From: an uncultured delta proteobacterium
GTDB taxonomy: Bacteria > Myxococcota > Myxococcia > Myxococcales > Anaeromyxobacteraceae
Reading direction: 5' to 3'
DNA length: 64,000 bases
Assembly: GCA_963828255.1 (NCBI GenBank)
Contig: CAWHDZ010000030.1
Span: 1 to 64,000, forward strand
Made by a program: the position numbers and the translations under genes. A model generated the notes under the pieces. That model saw only the letters and a program-made list of their open reading frames with translations. It searched no databases and was not told the origin of the DNA. Shown one piece after another: positions 23,267-32,032 of this stretch (its first letter is position 1; each line of letters starts with the position of its first letter).

Positions 23267-25423
23267 ATGAACCTGTCCTTCCTGCACCCCGCGCTCCTCT
23301 GGGGGCTCGCCGCGGCGGCCATCCCGCTCGCCATCCACCTCTTCCACCGGCGGCGCCCCAAGGCAGTCCCGTTCCCGGCCATCGACTTCGTCATGCAGGC
23401 GCGGCGCGAGACCGAGCGGCGGCTCAAGCTGCGGCGGATCCTCCTCTTCGCCGCCCGCACCGCGCTCCTCGCCGCCGCCGCGCTGGCCATCGCCCGGCCG
23501 CGCCTCTCCACTCCGGAGGCGAGCGCCGCGCCCGGGCCGGCCGGCCCGGCGGCGACCGCCGTGGTGCTCGACACCTCGGCCTCGATGGCCTACCGGCTGG
23601 GCGGCCGGACGCTCCTCGACCGGGCGCGCGAGGACGTCCTCGAGGTCCTGGCGTCGCTCGGCCCCGACGAGCCGGCCACCGTGGTGATCTGCGGGGGGGA
23701 GGGTATTCCGCAGGCCGACCCTCCCGGCTTCGACCGCCTGGCCCTGCGGCGGCTCGTCGCCGACGCCGGCCAGGGCTTCGCCCACTCCGACCTCACCACC
23801 TGCGTCACCGCCGCCGTCCGCGCGCTCGGCGATCCGGCCGCCGCCGCCACCTCGCGCCGCAGGCTGGTGGTCGCCACCGACCTCACCGCCAGCGCCTGGC
23901 GGCTCGACGCCCCGGCGCCGGTGGTCACGGCGGCCGCAGGCGCCCTGCGCCCCGATGTGGTGCTCCTCGACGCGGCCCGAGGGGAGCGGCTCGGGAACCG
24001 CTGGGTGGCAGGGCTCGTGGCCGAGCCGGAGCCCGCCGCCGGCGCGCACGGCTACCGGATCGGCGTCACCCTGAACGGCGAGGGGGTGGAGGCGGAGCGG
24101 GACGTACCGCTCCTGCTCCGGGTGGGCCCCGGCAAGGACGAGCGCACCGTGCTGCGGTCGCTCCTCGAGCTTCCCGCCTCGGGGAGCACGAGGAAGGCGC
24201 TGGCCCACGACTTCGCGGCCGGCGGCCCGGCGGTGGTGACGGTCGCCCTGCCGCCCGACGCACTCCCCGACGACGACGCGCTCACGCTGGTCGTGGACGT
24301 GCCGCGCGACGTGAAGGTGCTCGTGGTGAACGGCGCGCCGTCGGTGGTGCGCCACCGGGACGCCGCCTACTTCCTGGAGGCGGCGCTTTCCGGCCCCGCC
24401 TCGCCGGTGCGCCCCACGGTGGTGGACGCCGAGGGGTTCGCGAAGGCGCGGCTCGCCGACTTCGACGTGGTGATGCTGCTCGACCTGCGCGCCCCTGGCC
24501 CCAAGGCGGCCGAGCTCACGGCCTTCGTCGAGAACGGGGGCGGTCTCTTCATCGCCATGGGGGACGACGTGGACCCCGACCGCTACGACGCCGAGGTGGG
24601 CGGGTTGCTCCCGGCCCCCCTCCACGTGGTGAAGACCGCGGCCGAGCGTGGCGCTCCCGGGGCCGAGGCCAAGGCGGCGCGGTTCGCCGAGATCGACTGG
24701 GACCACCCGGCCCTCCGGGTCTTCACCGGGCAGGCGCGGGAGGGGCTCGAGTCGGTGCGGGCCTTTCGCTACATGCTCTTCAAGCCGGGAGCCAAGGACG
24801 GCGGTGCGCGGGTGCTGGCCCGCTACGACGACGGCGCGCCGGCGCTGGTCGAGGCCCGGCGCGGCAAGGGGCGGGTGATGCTCTTCGCCTCCACCCTCGA
24901 TCCGGAGTGGTCCGACTGGACCATCCGCACGAGCTTCCTGCCCGCCATGCAGCGCATCGCCGCCTGGCTGGCCGGCTCGCTCGACGAGCGACGGTCGGCG
25001 CCCGGCGTGGTGGGGGCGCCGCGGCCGATCGAGCTGCCGGCGGGGTCCTCGCTGGCAGCGGTGGTGGGGCCGGACGGGCGGGAACGGCGCGAGGTCGCGA
25101 CGCCGGGCGGCGGCGCGGCCGCGGAGGGGCCACCGGTCCTCACCCCCGACCGGCCCGGGCTCTGGCAGGTGAAGGTGCGCGACCGCGCCACCGGCGGCGA
25201 AAGGCTCGATCCGGCGCTCGCCTTCCCGGTCTGGCCCGACCCGCGCGAGTCGGACACCCGGCGTCTCGAGCCGGCCGAGCTCACCGCCTGGTTCGGGGGC
25301 GAGGCGCTCGCCCGGGTGGCCTCCGACGGGAAGCCATCCGGTTCGAGGGAGGTGCCCCTCTGGTCATGGCTCCTGCTCCTCGCCGTGGGCGCCTTCCTCG
25401 CCGAGGGCTTGCTCGTCTCCTGA
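23267..25423 (+). CDS. BatA N-terminal / vWA domain membrane protein
   Basis: FLHPALLWGL..IPLAIHL BatA motif, MIDAS-like DTSASM, C-terminal TM segment. Confidence 0.85.
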   Translation: MNLSFLHPALLWGLAAAAIPLAIHLFHRRRPKAVPFPAIDFVMQARRETERRLKLRRILLFAARTALLAAAALAIARPRLSTPEASAAPGPAGPAATAVVLDTSASMAYRLGGRTLLDRAREDVLEVLASLGPDEPATVVICGGEGIPQADPPGFDRLALRRLVADAGQGFAHSDLTTCVTAAVRALGDPAAAATSRRRLVVATDLTASAWRLDAPAPVVTAAAGALRPDVVLLDAARGERLGNRWVAGLVAEPEPAAGAHGYRIGVTLNGEGVEAERDVPLLLRVGPGKDERTVLRSLLELPASGSTRKALAHDFAAGGPAVVTVALPPDALPDDDALTLVVDVPRDVKVLVVNGAPSVVRHRDAAYFLEAALSGPASPVRPTVVDAEGFAKARLADFDVVMLLDLRAPGPKAAELTAFVENGGGLFIAMGDDVDPDRYDAEVGGLLPAPLHVVKTAAERGAPGAEAKAARFAEIDWDHPALRVFTGQAREGLESVRAFRYMLFKPGAKDGGARVLARYDDGAPALVEARRGKGRVMLFASTLDPEWSDWTIRTSFLPAMQRIAAWLAGSLDERRSAPGVVGAPRPIELPAGSSLAAVVGPDGRERREVATPGGGAAAEGPPVLTPDRPGLWQVKVRDRATGGERLDPALAFPVWPDPRESDTRRLEPAELTAWFGGEALARVASDGKPSGSREVPLWSWLLLLAVGAFLAEGLLVS

Positions 25424-25435
25424 GCCGCCCGCATC

Positions 25436-26545
25436 ATGCCTGCCGAGATGAGCTCTTTCCGACTCGACGCCGAGTGCGCCGGCCTCCTCTGCGTGGGGTT
25501 CGACGGTCTCACCCCGTCCGCCGAGGTCCTCGAACTCATCCGGCGCGGGGTCTACGGCGTGATCCTCTTCGCGCGCAACGTGGAGAGCGCCGTGCAGGTG
25601 GCCGAGCTCTCGGCGGCGCTCAAGCGCGCGGCGGGGCGGCCGCTCCTCGTCACCGTGGACCAGGAGGGGGGAAGGGTGGCGCGGCTCCGCGCCCGCCACG
25701 GATTCACCGAGCTGCCCCCCATGCGCGCGCTGGGGGAGACCGGCGACGAGGGGACCGCCTTCGAGGTGGGGGCGCTGCTCGGTCGCGAGCTGCGGGCGGT
25801 GGGGATCGACCAGGACTACGCGCCGGTCGTGGACGTGGACACCAATCCGGCCAATCCAGTCATCGGCGACCGCTCGCTGGGGCGCGACCCTGAACGGGTC
25901 GGGCGGCTCGGGGCGGCGCTGGCCCGCGGCCTCCAGTCGGCCGGCGTGGCCGCCTGCGCCAAGCACTTCCCCGGACACGGGGACACGAGCCAGGACTCGC
26001 ACGTGGGCCTGCCGCGCCTCCCCCATCCGCTCTCGCGGCTCGAGGCGGTAGAGCTCGCGCCCTTCCGGGCGCTCTCCCGGGCCGGAGTGGCCTCGGTGAT
26101 GACCGCCCACGTGGTCTTCGAGGCCGTCGACCCGGTGCGGCCCGCCACCATTTCACCCCCAGTGATGCAGCTCCTCCGCGGCACGTGCGGCTTCGACGGG
26201 CCGGCCCTCTCCGACGACCTGGAGATGAAGGCGGTGGCCGCCCACTTCCCGCTGGAGGAGGTCGTGCCGGGGGCCGTGGCGGCCGGGGTGGACGGCCTGC
26301 TGGTCTGCCACCGGGCCGAGGTCCAGAACCGGGCCGTCGACCTGCTCCGGGAGGCGGTGGAGCGGGGGACGGTGAGCCGGGAACGCCTTTCGGAGGCCCG
26401 CGCCCGTGTTGCACGGCTCCTGTCCTGGGCCGCCCCCCCGGGCGACCCGGCCCTGGCCACCGCCCGGCTCCGGCTGCCGGGGTCGCTCGCCCTGGCGGCC
26501 CGGCTGCCCGGTCGCGCGTCCGGTCCCGACCCCACCGCGGCATGA
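25436..26545 (+). CDS. nagZ: Beta-N-acetylhexosaminidase (GH3)
   Basis: VDQEGGRVARL, KHFPGHGDTSQDSH, SDDLEM; start may be 25448. Confidence 0.9.
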   Translation: MPAEMSSFRLDAECAGLLCVGFDGLTPSAEVLELIRRGVYGVILFARNVESAVQVAELSAALKRAAGRPLLVTVDQEGGRVARLRARHGFTELPPMRALGETGDEGTAFEVGALLGRELRAVGIDQDYAPVVDVDTNPANPVIGDRSLGRDPERVGRLGAALARGLQSAGVAACAKHFPGHGDTSQDSHVGLPRLPHPLSRLEAVELAPFRALSRAGVASVMTAHVVFEAVDPVRPATISPPVMQLLRGTCGFDGPALSDDLEMKAVAAHFPLEEVVPGAVAAGVDGLLVCHRAEVQNRAVDLLREAVERGTVSRERLSEARARVARLLSWAAPPGDPALATARLRLPGSLALAARLPGRASGPDPTAA

Positions 26546-26603
26546 CTCCGGGCGTGAAGTGGGGCACACTTCCCCCCCGAAGAGCCCTCGATCGGAGGTT
26601 TCG

Positions 26604-27791
26604 ATGCACGCAGCCCGCGCCGTGGCAATCCTCGCAGCGTCCCTCGCCGTCGTCGCCTGCCAGAGCAAGAAGCCCGAGACGGAGGCGCCGGCCAAGGCCG
26701 CAGCCGCTCCCGCTCCGGCCAGCGACAGGATCCTGGTCGGCCACGTGGGCTCCATGACCGGATCGGAGGCCACCTTCGGGCAGTCCACCGACAACGGGAT
26801 CAAGCTCGCCATCGAGCAGTGGAACGCCAAGGGCGGCGTGAAGGGCAAGACCATCTCGCTGCGCACCCTGGACAGCCAGGGCAAGCCCGAGGAGGCGGCG
26901 GTCGCCGCCACGCGCCTCATCGTGAACGACAAGGTGAACCTGCTCCTCGGTGAGGTCGCGTCGTCCCGCTCGCTCGCCATGGCCCCGGTCGCCGACGGCA
27001 ACGGCACGCCCATGATCACGCCGTCCTCCACCAACCCCAGGGTCACGAAGGACAAGGACAAGGTCCGCCCCTTCGTCTTCCGGGTCTGCTTCATCGACCC
27101 GTTCCAGGGCACCGTGATGGCCAAGTTCGCCCGCAACGACAAGAAGATCGACCGGGTCGCCATCCTGCGCGACGTGGGCAACGACTACTCGATGGGGCTG
27201 GCCGACTACTTCCTGGCCAAGTTCAAGGAGCTCGGCGGGACCATCGTCGACGACCAGAGCTACAAGGCCGGTGACCAGGACTTCAAGGCCCAGCTCACCG
27301 CCATCAAGAACAAGAACCCGCAGGCCATCTACGTCCCCGGCTACTACACCGACGTGGCCCTCATCGCCCGCCAGGCCCGCGAGCTGGGCATGAAGCAGCC
27401 GCTGCTGGGCGGCGACGGCTGGGACTCCTCCAAGCTCTTCGAGATCGGCGGGAAGGCCATCGAGGGCTCCTTCTTCTCGAACCACTACTCGCCCGACGAC
27501 CCCAGCCCGCGCATCCAGGACTTCGTGAAGGCCTACAAGGCCCGCTACGGGGCGGTGCCGGACGGCCTGGCGGCGCAGGGCTACGACGCCGCCATGGTCG
27601 GGTTCGACGCCATGAACCGGGCCGCCGACGGCTCCGGCGCCGCGGTCCGCGACGCCATCGCCGCCACCAAGGACTACCCGGGCGTCACCGGCATCATCAC
27701 CATCGACGCCAACCACGACGCGGTCAAGCCCGCAGTCGTACTGGAAGTGAAGGACGGGAAGTCGTCGTACGTCACCACCGTCGCCCCCTGA
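26604..27791 (+). CDS. livK: Branched-chain amino acid ABC transporter substrate-binding lipoprotein
   Basis: Lipobox VVAC, GGAGG RBS, FRVCFIDPFQG, GGDGWDS. Confidence 0.88.
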   Translation: MHAARAVAILAASLAVVACQSKKPETEAPAKAAAAPAPASDRILVGHVGSMTGSEATFGQSTDNGIKLAIEQWNAKGGVKGKTISLRTLDSQGKPEEAAVAATRLIVNDKVNLLLGEVASSRSLAMAPVADGNGTPMITPSSTNPRVTKDKDKVRPFVFRVCFIDPFQGTVMAKFARNDKKIDRVAILRDVGNDYSMGLADYFLAKFKELGGTIVDDQSYKAGDQDFKAQLTAIKNKNPQAIYVPGYYTDVALIARQARELGMKQPLLGGDGWDSSKLFEIGGKAIEGSFFSNHYSPDDPSPRIQDFVKAYKARYGAVPDGLAAQGYDAAMVGFDAMNRAADGSGAAVRDAIAATKDYPGVTGIITIDANHDAVKPAVVLEVKDGKSSYVTTVAP

Positions 27792-27818
27792 CGGACGTCG
27801 ACCCGGGCCGACGCCGTC

Positions 27819-28829
27819 TTGACCGAGTTCCTCCAGCACGTCGTCAACGGCGTCTCGCTCGGGACCATCTACGCCCTCATCGCGCTGGGCTACACGATGG
27901 TCTACGGGGTGCTGAAGCTCATCAACTTCGCCCACGGCGACGTGTACATGGCGGCGGCCTTCGCCGGCTTCTACATCGCCACCGCCCTCGACGTCCGGGA
28001 CCACCCCACCATCGGCAAGGCGGTGGTGGTCTTCCTGGGCGCGATGGCGGTCGCCGGGGCCATGGGCTGGGCCATCGAGCGCTTCGCCTACCGGCCGCTG
28101 CGCAACCGCCCGCGCCTGGCCACCCTCATCACCGCCATCGGCATCTCCTTCCTCCTCGAGTACGGGTTCCAGCTCCCCAGCCTCCAGGCCCAGGGGCGCT
28201 CGTTCGAGGAGGTGCTGCGCGGGTGGGGCTGGGGGGTGCCGGGCTGGCTCGACGCGCTGGTGGGCGCGCTCCCCTCCACCTTCCCGCCCGGCCCGACGCC
28301 GCGCTTCTTCCCGGAGCCCTTCACCCGGGTGGACTGGACGGTCCTCGGCGGCGTGCACGTCTCCAATTACGACGTGGTCTCCTTCCTCGTGGCGGTGGGA
28401 TTCATGCTGGGCCTGCAGTGGATCGTCTACCGGACCCGCTTCGGCACGGCCCTGCGCGCCGTCTCCTTCGATCCCCGCGTCGCCGGGCTCATGGGCATCC
28501 CGGTGAACCGGGTCATCTCGGCCACCTTCGTCCTGGGCAGCGTGCTCGCCGCGGTGGCGGCGCTGCTCGTGGCCGGGTCGCGGCCGCGCATCGACCCGAT
28601 CATGGGGCTCATGCCGGGCCTGAAGGCCTTCGTGGCCGCCGTCTTCGGAGGGATCGGCAACGTCCCGGGCGCCATGCTGGGCGGCATCGCGCTCGGGCTC
28701 GCCGAGGAGATGGTGGCCGGCTACACGGTCTCGTCCTTCCGCGACGGCATCGCCTTCGCCATGCTCATCCTGGTCCTGATCCTCCGCCCCGAGGGGCTCC
28801 TCGGACGGGTCACCGTGGAGAAGGTGTGA
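27819..28829 (+). CDS. livH: Branched-chain amino acid ABC permease
   Basis: YALIALGYTMVYGVLKLINFAHG, KAFVAAVFGGIG. Confidence 0.92.
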   Translation: MTEFLQHVVNGVSLGTIYALIALGYTMVYGVLKLINFAHGDVYMAAAFAGFYIATALDVRDHPTIGKAVVVFLGAMAVAGAMGWAIERFAYRPLRNRPRLATLITAIGISFLLEYGFQLPSLQAQGRSFEEVLRGWGWGVPGWLDALVGALPSTFPPGPTPRFFPEPFTRVDWTVLGGVHVSNYDVVSFLVAVGFMLGLQWIVYRTRFGTALRAVSFDPRVAGLMGIPVNRVISATFVLGSVLAAVAALLVAGSRPRIDPIMGLMPGLKAFVAAVFGGIGNVPGAMLGGIALGLAEEMVAGYTVSSFRDGIAFAMLILVLILRPEGLLGRVTVEKV

Positions 28830-29815
28830 CGGGGCGCGCCTGGCTCGTCCTGCGCTCCGCCGCGCCGTTCCTCCTGGCGCTGCCGGTCCTCTGGTTCGTG
28901 CAGGGCGCGCTGGCCAGCTACCACTCGTTCGTCTTCATCAACATCGCGGTGAACGTGATCCTGGCGGTCTCGCTCAACGTGGTGAACGGCTTCACCGGCC
29001 AGTTCTCCATCGGCCACGCCGCCTTCATGGCGGTGGGGGCCTACAGCGCCGCGCTCGTCACCACGGGGATGGAGGCCTTCCAGGTGGCCGGGCTTCCGCT
29101 CGGGGCATCCGACGCGCTGATCTTCCTCGTGGCCCTCCTCGCGGGCATGGCCATGGCGTCGCTGGCGGGTTTGCTGGTGGGCATCCCGTCGCTCCGTCTG
29201 CGGGGCGACTACCTCGCCATCGTCACGCTGGGCTTCGGCGAGATCATCCGGGTGGTCATCGAGAACACCCGGGTGCTCGGCCAGGCCACCGGCATCTCCG
29301 GCCTCCCCGCATCCACCAACGTGGTCTGGGCCGGGATGGGCGTGGTGGCCACCGTGGTCATGGCGCGGCGCCTCCTGCTCTCCACGCAGGGGCGGGCGCT
29401 GCTCGCCATCCGGGAGGACGAGGTGGCCGCCGAGGCCATGGGCGTCGACACCGTGGGGTGGAAGGTCCGGGCCTTCGTCATCTCGGCCGCCTTCGCCGGG
29501 CTGGCCGGCGCGCTGCTGGTCCACAAGATCCAGCTGGTCACGCCGCGAATGTTCACCTTCGTGAAGTCGATGGAGGTGGTGGTGATGGTGGTGCTGGGCG
29601 GCATGGGCTCCATCACCGGGTCGGTCGTGGCGGCGACGCTGCTCACCGTGGCGCTCGAGTCGCTGCAGGCCGCCGACCAGTACCGGATGGTGATCTTCTC
29701 GCTCCTGCTCATCGTGCTCATGCTCACCCGCCCGAGCGGCCTCTTCGGCACCCGCGAGATCTGGGACGCGGTCCCGCGCTGGCTCCGCCGCCGGGCCGAC
29801 GGGGGGACGCCGTGA
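28826..29815 (+). CDS. livM: Branched-chain amino acid ABC permease
   Basis: GQFSIGHAAF, LRLRGDYLAIVTLGFGEI. Confidence 0.92.
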   Translation: MTGRAWLVLRSAAPFLLALPVLWFVQGALASYHSFVFINIAVNVILAVSLNVVNGFTGQFSIGHAAFMAVGAYSAALVTTGMEAFQVAGLPLGASDALIFLVALLAGMAMASLAGLLVGIPSLRLRGDYLAIVTLGFGEIIRVVIENTRVLGQATGISGLPASTNVVWAGMGVVATVVMARRLLLSTQGRALLAIREDEVAAEAMGVDTVGWKVRAFVISAAFAGLAGALLVHKIQLVTPRMFTFVKSMEVVVMVVLGGMGSITGSVVAATLLTVALESLQAADQYRMVIFSLLLIVLMLTRPSGLFGTREIWDAVPRWLRRRADGGTP

Positions 29816-30633
29816 GCGGGCGGGGCGAGGCGGCGCTCGAGGCCCGCGGCGTGACGATGCGCTTCGGCGGCCTCACCGCGCTCTCCGGATTCGACCTGTC
29901 GCTCCGCATCGGCGAGCTGGTCGGCCTCATCGGACCGAACGGCGCCGGCAAGACCACCGCCTTCAACGCGCTCACCGGCGTCTACGCCCCCACCGAGGGG
30001 GAGGTGGAGGTGGCCGGACGGAGGGTGAACGGTCTGCGCCCCCACCAGATCTGCGAGCTGGGCGTGGCCCGCACCTTCCAGAACGTGCGCCTCTTCAAGG
30101 AGCTCAGCGCCTTCGACAACGTGCGCATCGCCTGCCACGCCGGGTCGCGGAGCGGCTTCACCTCGGCCTGGATGCTCACCCCCACCCACGACGCCGAGGA
30201 GGAGCGGATCCGGCAGCGGGCCAGCGAGTTCCTCGCCGTGCTGGAGCTCTCCCACCGGCGGGAGGAGCTGGCCCGCAACCTCCCGTACGGGGAGCAGCGA
30301 AGGCTCGAGATCGCCCGCGCGCTCGCCACCGGACCGAAGGTCCTCTGCCTCGACGAGCCTGCCGCCGGCATGAACGCCTCCGAGAAGGTGGCGCTCATGG
30401 AGCTCATCCGGCGCATCCGCGACCAGTTCGCGCTGGCCATCCTGGTGATCGAGCACGACATGCGGCTCGTGATGGGGATCTCGGAGCGGGTGCTGGTGCT
30501 CGACCACGGCGTGACCATCGCCCACGGGCGTCCCGAGGAGGTCCGGCGCGACCCCAAGGTCATCGAGGCCTACCTGGGCGACGGAAAGCTCCGGTTGCGT
30601 CCGCCCCGCGGGGCGGAGGGCAAGCCGGCGTGA
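29812..30633 (+). CDS. livG: Branched-chain amino acid ABC ATPase
   Basis: GPNGAGKTT, RTFQN, LPYGEQRRLEIARAL. Confidence 0.92.
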   Translation: MSGRGEAALEARGVTMRFGGLTALSGFDLSLRIGELVGLIGPNGAGKTTAFNALTGVYAPTEGEVEVAGRRVNGLRPHQICELGVARTFQNVRLFKELSAFDNVRIACHAGSRSGFTSAWMLTPTHDAEEERIRQRASEFLAVLELSHRREELARNLPYGEQRRLEIARALATGPKVLCLDEPAAGMNASEKVALMELIRRIRDQFALAILVIEHDMRLVMGISERVLVLDHGVTIAHGRPEEVRRDPKVIEAYLGDGKLRLRPPRGAEGKPA

Positions 30634-31346
30634 GCGGTTCGCTCCTCTCGATCCGGGACCTGGTGGTCCACTACGGCGTCATCCAGGCGCTGCAGGGGAT
30701 CTCGCTCGAGGTGCCGGAGGGCAAGATCGTGGCCCTCATCGGGGCCAACGGGGCCGGGAAGAGCACCACGCTCCGGGCCGTCTCCGGGCTCCTCCGCCCC
30801 ACCTCCGGCGCCATCGAGTTCCAGGGGCGCTCCATCGCGGGCCTCCCCTCCCATCAGATCGTGGCCAAGGGAGTGGCCCAGGCTCCGGAGGGGCGCGGCA
30901 TCTTCCTCAACCTCACGGTGAAGGAGAACCTCGAGCTGGGGGCCTACCTGCGCCGCGACCGGGACGGCATCGACGCCGACCGCGAGCGGGCCCACGCGCT
31001 CTTCCCCATCCTGAAGGAGCGCAGCGGCCAGGTGTCCGGGACGCTGTCGGGCGGGGAGCAGCAGATGCTCGCCGTGGCCCGCGCCCTCATGAGCCGTCCC
31101 ACGCTGCTCCTCCTCGACGAGCCTTCCCTCGGGCTCGCGCCGCAGTTCGTGGACCGGATCTTCCAGGTCATCCAGGAGATCAACGAGGCCGGGGTGTCGC
31201 TGCTCCTCGTGGAGCAGAACGCCAACATGGCCTTGCAGGTCGCGCACCATGCCTACGTGCTGGAGACCGGAGCGATCGTGATGCAGGGCAGCGGCGCCGA
31301 GCTCCTCGCGAGCCCCGACGTGCGGAAGGCGTATCTCGGAGAGTAG
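30630..31346 (+). CDS. livF: Branched-chain amino acid ABC ATPase
   Basis: GANGAGKST, PEGRGIF, LSGGEQQML, DEPSLGLAP. Confidence 0.93.
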   Translation: MSGSLLSIRDLVVHYGVIQALQGISLEVPEGKIVALIGANGAGKSTTLRAVSGLLRPTSGAIEFQGRSIAGLPSHQIVAKGVAQAPEGRGIFLNLTVKENLELGAYLRRDRDGIDADRERAHALFPILKERSGQVSGTLSGGEQQMLAVARALMSRPTLLLLDEPSLGLAPQFVDRIFQVIQEINEAGVSLLLVEQNANMALQVAHHAYVLETGAIVMQGSGAELLASPDVRKAYLGE

Positions 31347-31355
31347 CGTCCGAGT

Positions 31356-31590
31356 CGCCTTCGTTCCGGGAGGCCGGATGCCGCCGGACGCCAGGGCGCC
31401 ACTCTCCGCATCGCTGGTCCTCGGAGGAATAGCGTACGGCGAGTGAATGGCGCCGGGGAACACTGCGCCCGAGCGACGCTCATTCCTGGCGCCTCCTGCG
31501 GAGGCGATGCTCGGAGTGACGCCCGCGCCGGCTGAGACGGCCCAGGCCGAAGGCGACGCGGACAGCTCGCCTCGTGGGGAGATCCGGGCG
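31356..31590 (+). repeat. Dispersed non-coding ~240-bp repeat, copy A
   Basis: Colinear blocks shared with the reverse complement of 31791..32029: GCCTTCGTTCC, TGCCGCCGG, CTCTCCGC, AATGGCG, TGCGGAGGCG, ACGCCCGCGCCGGCTG, GCCGAAGGCGACGCGGAC, TCGTGGGGAGATCCGGGCG. Confidence 0.85.
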
Positions 31591-31631
31591 TTCACCCGCG
31601 GGCGGGGTGTCGTGCGGGCGACCGCGCTGTT

Positions 31632-31757
31632 TCAGTCCCGCGACCGGGCCTTCCCGCGTCCCCGGCGGCGGGTGAATCCGTACAGCTGGGCGGCAGCAGC
31701 CCCGATCGCGAGCAGCGTGAAAAATCCAATGAAGGCCGCGACGAGGAGCTCGCCCAC
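31632..31757 (-). CDS. Small single-pass membrane protein (41 aa), absent from the ORF track
   Basis: GTG start; MGELLVAAFIGFFTLLAIGAAAAQLYGFTRRRGRGKARSRD; TAGAAT -10-like box 6 nt upstream of the start. Confidence 0.55.
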   Translation of the reverse strand: MGELLVAAFIGFFTLLAIGAAAAQLYGFTRRRGRGKARSRD

Positions 31758-31790
31758 GCGGACATTCTAACCACGCCGATCGCGAGCGGC

Positions 31791-32029
31791 CGCCCGGATC
31801 TCCCCACGAAGCGGGCACGTCCGCGTCGCCTTCGGCCCGGGCTTCCCCAGCCGGCGCGGGCGTGCCTCATAGCGGCGCCTCCGCAAGGGGCGGCGGGAAC
31901 CGGCGAAGCTCGGGCCCGGTGTGACCCGACGCCATTTACCTGAAGTGAACCATGGCCCTGAGGACAAGCGCCGCGGAGAGGGACGCCAACGCGCCGGCGG
32001 CATCCGCCCGGCTGGAACGAAGGCACCCC
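31791..32029 (-). repeat. Dispersed non-coding ~240-bp repeat, copy B (inverted relative to A)
   Basis: Reverse complement aligns with copies A and C; begins 3 nt after the MFS stop. Confidence 0.87.
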
Positions 32030-32032
32030 GGA

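Noticed and set aside
31447..31770. 107-aa plus-strand ORF, or a protein-coding interpretation of the repeat
   Set aside because: The equivalent frame in copy B stops after 22 codons and indels between copies break every frame
31356..32029. Repeat as CRISPR array, tRNA, rRNA or a known riboswitch
   Set aside because: No regularly spaced short repeats, no cloverleaf and no riboswitch consensus I recognise; positioned 3' of genes
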